A stretch of 24,000 nt of DNA from Paenarthrobacter sp. DKR-5 (lineage in GTDB: Bacteria; Actinomycetota; Actinomycetes; Actinomycetales; Micrococcaceae). The notes beneath the pieces are model-generated. The model saw nothing but the letters and a program-made list of their open reading frames with translations. It was not told where the DNA came from and made no database searches. The stretch lies in assembly GCF_018531425.1 (NCBI RefSeq), contig NZ_JAHBOI010000006.1:149911-173910 (forward strand), read 5' to 3'. Positions 14,036 to 20,888 of the stretch are shown one piece after another (positions within the stretch are counted from its first letter, which is position 1; each line of letters opens with the position of its first letter). Position numbers and translations under genes: made by a program.

Positions 14036-15660
14036 TCTTCCTCTCGGTTGGCCAGGCTGGCGGCCGCCCGCGCCGCGACGGCCATGATGGTCAGCGCCGG
14101 ATTGGCGCTTCCCTGGGTGGGCAGCACGCTGCCGTCGGTGATGAGCAGGTTCGGCACGGCGAAGCTGCGGCAATTGCGGTCCACAACCCCGTGCCTCTCG
14201 TCGGCCGCCATCCGCGCCCCGCCCACCAGGTGGGCGAAACGCTTGATCGTGATCACTTCGTCGGCGCCGGCGGCGCGCAGGATCCGTTCCATGACGCCCT
14301 GGGCCGCGTCCATCAGCTGCCGGTCGTTGTCGCACTGGCTGTAGCTGAACCGCGCCACTGGCAGCCCATGGCGGTCGGTTTCCTCGGCGAGCGTCACCCG
14401 GTTGCCTTCCAGCGGCAGGAACTCGCAGAGCGCGCCGAGGCAGGCCCAGTGCGGGTAATCGCTCATGTAGCGGCGGAGGTCGGTGCCCCAGTGACCCTGC
14501 GCCGCGACGTGCTCCGCCCAGGTGATGGGCAGCGGGGAGACGGTCTGGATGGAGAATCCCCGCTTGTACGGTTTGGTGGGATCGGTCTCGTAGAAGTCCT
14601 CGGTGCTGACTTCCGGCGGGGGCGCCTTGAACATGCGCACTTCGGCGTCGAACCGTCCGGCCGTCTGCGGCGCGCCCTGCACCATCAGGTAGCGGCCCAC
14701 CTGGTCGAAGTCGTTGCACATGCCGTCGGGGAAGCGCGCCGAGCGCGAATTGAGCAGCAGCCGGGGGGTCTCGATGGAGTACCCGGCGACGGCGACCATG
14801 CGGGCGCGCTGGAAGTGCTCGGTCCCGTTCCGCAGGTAGTGCACGCCGGTCGCCCGGCCGGTTCGCTCATCGAACCCGATGCGGCTGACCATGGAATCGG
14901 CGCGGACTTCCGCGCCGTGCGCCAGGGCATCCGGAATGTGCGTGATCAGCGGGGAGGCCTTGGCGTTCACCTTGCAGCCCTGCAGGCAGAAGCCGCGGTA
15001 GATGCAGTGCGGCCGGTTACCGAAGCGGCCGTTCGCAATGGCAACGGGGCCTACTTTCGCCGTGATGCCGCAGGCGCGGGCGCCGCGCAGGAAGAGTTCG
15101 CCGTTTCCTGATACCGGGTGCGGCCGGTGGGGGTAGCTGTGCGGATCTCCCCAGGGCCACGGTTCCCCGGCGACCGGAAGTTCCGCCTCGATGTCCTCGT
15201 AGAACGGTTTCAGATCGGAGTAGGACAGCGGCCAGTCGGCGCCCACGCCGTCCGCGGTGTGCGTGCGGAAGTCGCTGGGATGGAAGCGCGGGGTGTACCC
15301 GGCGTAGTGGACCATGGAACCGCCGACGCCGCGGCCGGAGTTGTTCGAACCCAGCGGCACCGGATCGTCCCCGGCGATGACGCGCGGTTCCGTCCAGTAG
15401 AGGTGGTGCGAGCCGGCTTCGTCGCTGACCCAGTCACGTTCCGGGTCCCAGAAGGGGCCGGCGTCGAAGGCAACAGCCCGCCAGCCGCGGCGTGCGAGGC
15501 GCTGCACCAGGGTGGAGCCGCCTGCTCCGCATCCGACGATGGCGATGTCGATCTCGTCGTCGTCGGCGAAGCGCCGCATGTCCGCCCGCAGCTGATGGTT
15601 CTGGCCCGGGTGGGGCGGCAGCAGCCACGCGGATTCGTTCCGGTCCCGGACGGACGTCAT
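14032..15660 (-). CDS. GMC-family FAD-dependent oxidoreductase (large subunit of the gluconate-2-dehydrogenase / glucoside-3-dehydrogenase type)
   Basis: FAD fold DIAIVGCGAGGSTL. C-terminal GMC motif HLVGGARMA...VVDRNCRSFAVPNLLITDGSVLPTQGSANPALTIMAVA. GAGAGGGG SD and ATGA overlap upstream. Confidence 0.9.
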   Translation of the reverse strand: MTSVRDRNESAWLLPPHPGQNHQLRADMRRFADDDEIDIAIVGCGAGGSTLVQRLARRGWRAVAFDAGPFWDPERDWVSDEAGSHHLYWTEPRVIAGDDPVPLGSNNSGRGVGGSMVHYAGYTPRFHPSDFRTHTADGVGADWPLSYSDLKPFYEDIEAELPVAGEPWPWGDPHSYPHRPHPVSGNGELFLRGARACGITAKVGPVAIANGRFGNRPHCIYRGFCLQGCKVNAKASPLITHIPDALAHGAEVRADSMVSRIGFDERTGRATGVHYLRNGTEHFQRARMVAVAGYSIETPRLLLNSRSARFPDGMCNDFDQVGRYLMVQGAPQTAGRFDAEVRMFKAPPPEVSTEDFYETDPTKPYKRGFSIQTVSPLPITWAEHVAAQGHWGTDLRRYMSDYPHWACLGALCEFLPLEGNRVTLAEETDRHGLPVARFSYSQCDNDRQLMDAAQGVMERILRAAGADEVITIKRFAHLVGGARMAADERHGVVDRNCRSFAVPNLLITDGSVLPTQGSANPALTIMAVAARAAASLANREEE

Positions 15661-16301
15661 GACCGGGCCCCTCTCGACACCGGGTCTTCGGCCGGATGGG
15701 CGTCCGGCACCTCAAACGGCTCAGGCCTGTCCACCCCGAGGTTCTTGTAGCCGCGGGGGTAGGCGGGCCCCGGGAAGCCGATTTCATCCCAGGCCCACGG
15801 GTGGGAGTAGAAGGCTGTGCAGGCGTAGCGCGTCCACAGGCTCCATACATGCGAGGCCGGGTAGCCGTGCCAGTCGTCCTGGCCACCGGCCTGCACCCGC
15901 TGCAGGATCGCCCGCTGGGCGTCGGCGTCCGCCTCGACAAATCCGGAGCCGGAGCCCGCGCGGGCTTCGTCGTCGAGGGCGGCGAGTGTGGCGCGCCAGG
16001 CCTGGGGGTCGGGGTCCATGCCGTCGTAGTGCCAGCCGTCGGTCTCGCCGTCGGCGAGGCGGGCGTCCACCAGTTCGAGCACGGGCACGCGCGGCTCGCC
16101 GGTCTGGGCCAGCAGCAGGTCGAACAGTGCCTGCGCCAGAGCCTGTTCGCGGGCGGCGAAGAAGCGGATGCCGGGCGGATGTTCGACCCTCGCCAGCACC
16201 ACCTCGGTGGTGGCCGCGTCCCAGTGCGGGGACTGGTCCAGGGTGCGGAAGCCGGGGTAGCGCCCGCCGCCGTCGGCCGGGCTGAGCGGCAGGCTGCTCA
16301 T
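15657..16301 (-). CDS. Gluconate 2-dehydrogenase subunit 3 family protein (small partner of the GMC flavoprotein)
   Basis: YPGFRTLDQSPHWDAATTEVVLARV...FFAAREQALAQALFDLLL...YSHPWAWDEIGFPGPAYPRGYKNLG follows the family pattern. Start MSSLPLSP at 16301 (ATGA overlap); the track extension to 16580 was rejected. No twin-arginine signal is visible. Confidence 0.8.
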   Translation of the reverse strand: MSSLPLSPADGGGRYPGFRTLDQSPHWDAATTEVVLARVEHPPGIRFFAAREQALAQALFDLLLAQTGEPRVPVLELVDARLADGETDGWHYDGMDPDPQAWRATLAALDDEARAGSGSGFVEADADAQRAILQRVQAGGQDDWHGYPASHVWSLWTRYACTAFYSHPWAWDEIGFPGPAYPRGYKNLGVDRPEPFEVPDAHPAEDPVSRGARS

Positions 16302-16756
16302 TTTTCCCGCCTCAGCACGGCGGCAAGCAGTCCCATGCCGCCGACCATGGTCACCAGCAGGGGCGCCAGCAGCGGCGGCCCCATCTCCATGTTGTAGCGC
16401 AGATTGGAGAAGCCCCCCGGCTTCTGGGCAATACCCCGCGCGTGCAGATAGGTTCCCTGCAGGCCGTTGGCGACGATGGCGGCGCTGGCCAAGGGCAGCG
16501 CGGTCTTGGCCATGCGGCGGCTGAAGACCCCTGCGACACCGGCCGCGGCAGCCACCGGACCGAGTGCCACGGGCAACCACATCATTTTGTTGCCGAAGCT
16601 GGCCTTGTCGTGCTCGAAGTAGATCTCCGCCGCGGTCACCAGCGCGCCGACGGCGGTCAGCCCCGAGAGGGATCTTTCGAACCTTCCGGTTTCGACGTTG
16701 CGTACCAGGCGGTCCACGCCGTGCACGGGCACGGCCGGCAGCTGAGATTTCTTCAT
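16298..16756 (-). CDS. Small integral membrane protein (152 aa, about 4 hydrophobic helices), family unknown
   Basis: Strong SD GGAGGTCGCA before ATG 16756. ATGA overlaps at both ends. Four hydrophobic stretches (LTAVGALVTAAEIYF, MMWLPVALGPVAAAAGVAGVF, LPLASAAIVANGL, LLAPLLVTMVGGMGLLAAVL). Confidence 0.7.
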   Translation of the reverse strand: MKKSQLPAVPVHGVDRLVRNVETGRFERSLSGLTAVGALVTAAEIYFEHDKASFGNKMMWLPVALGPVAAAAGVAGVFSRRMAKTALPLASAAIVANGLQGTYLHARGIAQKPGGFSNLRYNMEMGPPLLAPLLVTMVGGMGLLAAVLRREK

Positions 16757-17103
16757 TGCGACCTCCGGTGGCTGAGGGTTGATCCGAGGGTGAATTCGGC
16801 AGCAGAGAACACCAGCGCGAGCACAGCGTTCACGGTGGCGGCCCTGCGCCGGCGGCGGTCCGCCGCGGCGAGTGCGAGCATGGTGACGGCGTGAATCAGG
16901 TCCACCGTTCCGCCTACCCGGTGTGCGGCCGGACCCCGGCCGCTGGTGAGCGCCGCCTGCACCAGATGGCGTGCGCCGAGGATGCGGATCACCACCTTGC
17001 TTCGGTGGTCGGCGGCATGGCCCAGCAGGCGCCCTTCGACGGCGTCCGGCGCGAGCAGCTCCCCGGCGCCGTACCCGGCGCGCAGGAACTCCAGCGGGCT
17101 CAC
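16753..17103 (-). CDS. Small hypothetical, probably membrane, protein (116 aa)
   Basis: GTG 17103 overlaps the SDR stop (GTGA) and has a GGAAGG SD 8 nt upstream. Stop overlaps the next start (ATGA). Hydrophobic segments TVDLIHAVTMLALAAA and AATVNAVLALVFSAAEF. The start is less certain than for the neighbouring genes. Confidence 0.55.
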   Translation of the reverse strand: MSPLEFLRAGYGAGELLAPDAVEGRLLGHAADHRSKVVIRILGARHLVQAALTSGRGPAAHRVGGTVDLIHAVTMLALAAADRRRRRAATVNAVLALVFSAAEFTLGSTLSHRRSQ

Positions 17104-18119
17104 CGCGCTGCCTTCCGCAGCAGCCAAGCCCCCGCTGTGGCGGCCGTGCAGAGCAGGGCGGCGCCGGCGGCGCCCACAACGCCGTGGTGCTGTGAAGCCC
17201 ACAGCTGCGAACTGCGGTCGGTCGACTTGGCGTCAAAGATGCCGTGCGTACCGAAGTCGCGTTCCTGGTCCGCCGGTTCCCAGAGGTTGACGGGCTGGTC
17301 CGGGTCACGCTTTTGGGAGGTCTGCTGGGATTTGAACCCGGTCTTGGCGAGATAGCGGTCCAGCAGGCCCGGGGCAACCGCGTTCGCCAGGAGGGTTCCG
17401 GCCGTGCTGCCGCCGACCCAGTATTCCCTCCGCTGCGGATGGCTGGCGGCGTAGACCACGCCCTTGGCAGCGACTTCGGGCTGGTAGATCGGAGGTACCG
17501 GCTGCGCATGGTGCGGAAGCCGGGACAGCACCCAGGAGAACTGCGGAGTGTTGACGGCAGGCATCTGCACCATGGTGGTTGATATGCCGCTCCGATCGTG
17601 GAGCAGCTCGCAGCGCAGGGCCTCGTTGAACCCCTGGATGGCGTGCTTGGCCCCGCAATACGCGGTCTGCAGCGGGATGCCCCGGTAGGCGAGGGCGGAG
17701 CCGACCTGCACGATGGTTCCGCGATTGCGCGGACGCATGTACTTCAGCGCCGCCATCGTTCCATAGACGTAGCCAAGGTAGCTGACTTCGGTAACGCGCC
17801 GGAACTCCTCCGGCTGGATTTCGGTGAAGGGCGAGAACACCGAGGTGAAAGCCACATTGACCCAGACATCGATCGGGCCGAGTTCCCGTTCCACGCGCTC
17901 AGCGGCTGCTTCCACGGCCGCGGCGTCCGCTACGTCCACGGAGACGGTCAGGGCCTGGCCGCCGGCTGCTTCCACTTCCCGGGCGGCTCCTTCAAGGCCT
18001 GCTTCGCCCCGGGCGAGCAGGGCCACTGCCGCCCCTTCCCGGCCAAAGGCGATCGCGGACGCTCGTCCGATCCCTCCTGTGGCTCCGGTGACAACGACGA
18101 TCCTGCGGCCTGTGCTCAT
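17100..18119 (-). CDS. Short-chain dehydrogenase/reductase with a long C-terminal extension ending in a hydrophobic anchor
   Basis: VVVTGATGGIGRA (TGxxxGxG) and catalytic YCGAKHA (YxxxK). GAAGGAG SD. C-terminal GVVGAAGAALLCTAATAGAWLL followed by RK. Confidence 0.9.
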   Translation of the reverse strand: MSTGRRIVVVTGATGGIGRASAIAFGREGAAVALLARGEAGLEGAAREVEAAGGQALTVSVDVADAAAVEAAAERVERELGPIDVWVNVAFTSVFSPFTEIQPEEFRRVTEVSYLGYVYGTMAALKYMRPRNRGTIVQVGSALAYRGIPLQTAYCGAKHAIQGFNEALRCELLHDRSGISTTMVQMPAVNTPQFSWVLSRLPHHAQPVPPIYQPEVAAKGVVYAASHPQRREYWVGGSTAGTLLANAVAPGLLDRYLAKTGFKSQQTSQKRDPDQPVNLWEPADQERDFGTHGIFDAKSTDRSSQLWASQHHGVVGAAGAALLCTAATAGAWLLRKAAR

Positions 18120-18151
18120 CGGGACTGCTCCTTCGTTACGGGGTCCTTACT

Positions 18152-18181
18152 AAGCTATCCAAGTTCGTTGCGAGTGCGCAA
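18152..18181 (-). promoter_or_regulatory. Candidate promoter of the nine-gene operon
   Basis: The minus strand reads TTGCGC, an 18-nt spacer, then TAGCTT, ending 33 nt upstream of the SDR start. It sits in the lowest-GC stretch of this intergenic region. Confidence 0.25.
18168..18181. promoter_or_regulatory. Palindrome TTGCG-agtg-CGCAA overlapping the candidate promoter elements of both divergent units
   Basis: Read directly; 5-bp arms with a 4-nt spacer. Confidence 0.25.
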
Positions 18182-18237
18182 TAGTATGTACCCTTAGAAA
18201 AACCTGAAAGTCTCTTCCCAACCAAAGGAGCGAGTCG

Positions 18238-18930
18238 ATGCCCCCTTTGTGGCTCACAGTCCTGGCCTGGATCTTCCTCGCCGCCGCATTCGCCAGCGCG
18301 GCCGTCATCCTCGTCGACATCTACGCACGGCGGTACCGCCTGCGGATGCGGGTGATGGAGGCAGTGTGGCCGGTGACGGCCTTGTACTTCGGCCCCGCCG
18401 CGGTCTGGGCCTACTGGCGGTTCGGCCGGGTCACGAGCCGCAAATGGCTGGAAGAGAAAGGCCTTGAGGAGCCCCCGGAGAAACCCAAGTGGGCCACCGT
18501 AGCCGTGGGTGTGAGCCACTGCGGAGCGGGCTGCACCCTCGGCGACATCATCGCCGAGTTTGCCGTGTTCGGGCTCGGCCTCAGCATCGCCGGCACGGCC
18601 CTGTGGTTTGAGTACGTCGGAGACTACCTGCTCGCCGTCGCGCTTGGCCTGGCCTTCCAGTACTTCGCCATCGCCCCCATGCGCGGCCTGGGCTTCCGCA
18701 AGGGCATCGCAGCAGCGGCGAAGGCGGACATCCTCTCGCTGTCCGCCTTCGAAGTGGGCCTGTTCGGGTGGATGGCCCTGATGTCCTTCGTGTTCTTTCC
18801 CGCGCCCCACCTGCACCCCGATTCGCCCGTCTACTGGTTCCTGATGCAGATCGGGATGATCATCGGTTTCGCCACCGCGTGGCCGGCCAATGTCTGGCTG
18901 ATTCGGCGCGGCATCAAGGAAGCTATGTAG
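18238..18930 (+). CDS. DUF4396 domain-containing membrane protein
   Basis: AAAGGAG SD. SHCGAGCTLGDIIAEF and the overall hydrophobic pattern match my recollection of DUF4396. Confidence 0.8.
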   Translation: MPPLWLTVLAWIFLAAAFASAAVILVDIYARRYRLRMRVMEAVWPVTALYFGPAAVWAYWRFGRVTSRKWLEEKGLEEPPEKPKWATVAVGVSHCGAGCTLGDIIAEFAVFGLGLSIAGTALWFEYVGDYLLAVALGLAFQYFAIAPMRGLGFRKGIAAAAKADILSLSAFEVGLFGWMALMSFVFFPAPHLHPDSPVYWFLMQIGMIIGFATAWPANVWLIRRGIKEAM

Positions 18931-19630
18931 CGGGCGCAGGCTCCTGGCTGTTGTGGCCGCGGCGGGCCGTTTCGCCTGCGGCGGTCACCCCCAGGGTGCA
19001 CAGCGCCGACAGCATGACCCCGAGACCCAGGTGGAACTGCAGCAGCGCGGCGCCGGCGGCGGCCCCGGCCATGATCGCCCCTACGGCCCATAGACGCCGG
19101 CCGCCGTGGGTGCCCGTGTTCGCTCCGAACCGTGAGTCCGCCGCCAGGCCGGTGAGGGTCGAGGTGACGACAACGGTGGTGACCTCCTTGACACTCAGGT
19201 GCCGCGCCGTGGCCGCCTGCAGCCCCATCGCCGAGGCGAGCGCACCAGTAATGACGTAGCGGGCCAGCTCTACCTGGTCCATCCGGGCAAACAGGGCGAC
19301 GGCGACGGCAGCCATGACGGCAGCGACGCAGGACAGCAGACCGGATGTGCGCAGGCTCCAGCCGGAGGCTTCGTCCCTGAGCGTGCGGCCGGCCACCAGT
19401 GCTCCGAGCAGGAAGCAGCCGAGCGCGATCGCCGGGCCCAGGACGGGCAGGCCACCGGCGCCGGTGAGGGCCATCGCCAGGATCACGACGTTGCCCGTCA
19501 TGTTGCCGGTGAACACCCGGTCCAGGCCCAGATAGCCCACGGCGTCGTTGACTCCGGTCGAGAACGTGAGCACCAGCATCAACACGAGGTGGACGCGGGG
19601 CTGGTGGGCGGAACGGAGTCGGGTAATCAT
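18923..19630 (-). CDS. YoaK/DUF1275 family membrane protein
   Basis: LTFSTGVNDAVGYLGLDRVFTGNMTGNVVIL and VVVTSTLTGLA are typical DUF1275 motifs. Confidence 0.8.
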   Translation of the reverse strand: MITRLRSAHQPRVHLVLMLVLTFSTGVNDAVGYLGLDRVFTGNMTGNVVILAMALTGAGGLPVLGPAIALGCFLLGALVAGRTLRDEASGWSLRTSGLLSCVAAVMAAVAVALFARMDQVELARYVITGALASAMGLQAATARHLSVKEVTTVVVTSTLTGLAADSRFGANTGTHGGRRLWAVGAIMAGAAAGAALLQFHLGLGVMLSALCTLGVTAAGETARRGHNSQEPAPAT

Positions 19631-19728
19631 GGCGGGTCTTTCTGGCGCGGGGCGGATCAGCGGGGACTAGCGGTGCAGGGACCAACAGAAGTCATCCTGT
19701 CGGATTCTCGCACGGACCCGTCGTCCAC

Positions 19729-19753
19729 CCCGCCGCAGCGCTGCTGCGGCGGG
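19729..19753 (-). terminator. GC-rich hairpin downstream of the EamA gene; possible I-shaped terminator
   Basis: CCCGCCGCAGC-gct-GCTGCGGCGGG: an 11-bp perfect stem with a 3-nt loop, 74 nt past the EamA stop. There is no U-tract on the minus strand. Confidence 0.35.
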
Positions 19754-19826
19754 CGCCTATTTCAGTGCGCCCGTAGTACTTCTGGAGCAGGGGCAGGGCC
19801 GGCTCCGTTGCTCTCCGGCGCCAGCC

Positions 19827-20798
19827 TCACTGCCGAAGCCCGGCCGTGTCGCCGGACTGGCCGGCTGTGCGGCGGCGCTGGAACTGGTGGACGGCGGATA
19901 CAAGGGGGCGGAGCCGGTCCTGGCTGAGGGCAATACCCAGGATCACGACGGCGCCGCCCGCAGGCTCGTTCCAGCTGACCGGCTCGGCGTACACGAGTGC
20001 GCCCAGCAGCACGCCCGCCAGCGGGGTGAGGTAGGTGACGCTGGAGGCATTGGCGGCACCCCATCCTGCGACCACGTTGGTATTCCACACGTAGGCCAGG
20101 CCCGTGCCGAGGGCACCAAGCGACGCGACGGCGAGCAGCACCGGGGGAGTGAGATGCACCGGCCCGGCCGCCAGGAACGGCGCCAGCACGAGCATGATGG
20201 CGGCGCCCAGGCCCACTTGGGCGGCCGCGACCGCGAGGGACGGCAGGCCCAGCGGCGACACGAAGCGACGAAGGTAGACGAACCCGGCGCCGTAGCACGC
20301 CGTTGCTCCCAGGCAGGCGAGATCCGCGCCCAGGGCCGTGCCGGAGGCGATGCCCCAGGGAGCGATGATCAGCACGACCCCGGCGAAACCGGTGAGGAGG
20401 CCCGCGAACTGCAACCGGCCCGGCCGTTCCGCTCGCAGGGCGGCGGCCGTTGCGAGCAGCGTCATCAGGGGAGTGGCGGCGTTGAAGATGCTCGCCAGGC
20501 CCGAGGAGATGTGTTCCTCGGCCCAGGCAAAAAGCAGAAAGGGAACGACGCACAGCAGCACGGCCACGACGCCGAGGTGGCCCCAGACCGTGACTGGCAG
20601 GCCCACCCTGTGGCGGGTCGCGGCGGCGGCGATCCCCAGAGCCGCGGCGCCGAAGACCAGCCGGCCGAGAACCACCTGGGCCGGGGAGAGTCCCTCGAGG
20701 CCCGCCTTGATGAACAGAAAGCTGGCGTCCCAGGTGAGAGCCAGGGCCAGGTACTGGATGAGCACTCGACGGGGCTTCCGGATCGCGATGGTGGTCAT
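19827..20798 (-). CDS. EamA/DMT-superfamily transporter
   Basis: Ten-helix hydrophobic profile with duplicated EamA halves (LALALTWDASFLFIKAGLEGLSP...). GAAGGA SD. Confidence 0.88.
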   Translation of the reverse strand: MTTIAIRKPRRVLIQYLALALTWDASFLFIKAGLEGLSPAQVVLGRLVFGAAALGIAAAATRHRVGLPVTVWGHLGVVAVLLCVVPFLLFAWAEEHISSGLASIFNAATPLMTLLATAAALRAERPGRLQFAGLLTGFAGVVLIIAPWGIASGTALGADLACLGATACYGAGFVYLRRFVSPLGLPSLAVAAAQVGLGAAIMLVLAPFLAAGPVHLTPPVLLAVASLGALGTGLAYVWNTNVVAGWGAANASSVTYLTPLAGVLLGALVYAEPVSWNEPAGGAVVILGIALSQDRLRPLVSAVHQFQRRRTAGQSGDTAGLRQ

Positions 20799-20888
20799 GG
20801 TTCCTTCTTTCTCAGCTTCGCAGCCTGGTCGTGAACACTTCGCAGGGAAAACGGCCGCCGGGGCGTGAAAGTGAGATGGGGCGTGCCC

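Noticed and set aside
9851-14344. A 1497-aa ORF on the plus strand, and many other 100-600-aa ORFs antisense to the annotated genes (for example 8908-10707, 5422-6867, 21084-22685, 2176-3645).
   Set aside because: They are Arg/Pro/Gly/Ala-rich with no recognisable motifs. They lie exactly opposite ORFs with clear family signatures and high GC3. Long stop-free antisense frames are expected in high-GC DNA.
12236-17509. The N-terminal extensions of three track ORFs (12236-14719, 15657-16580, 16298-17509).
   Set aside because: The extended parts overlap the upstream genes out of frame and translate to Arg/Pro/Gly-rich sequence. Internal starts at 14035, 16301 and 16756 have SD sequences and ATGA coupling, and they give normal family lengths.
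20860-20885. The direct repeat GGGGCGTG occurring twice, 18 bp apart, between the GGDEF stop and the EamA start.
   Set aside because: It is short and GC-rich, so easily a chance event in this composition. No supporting symmetry or terminator structure.
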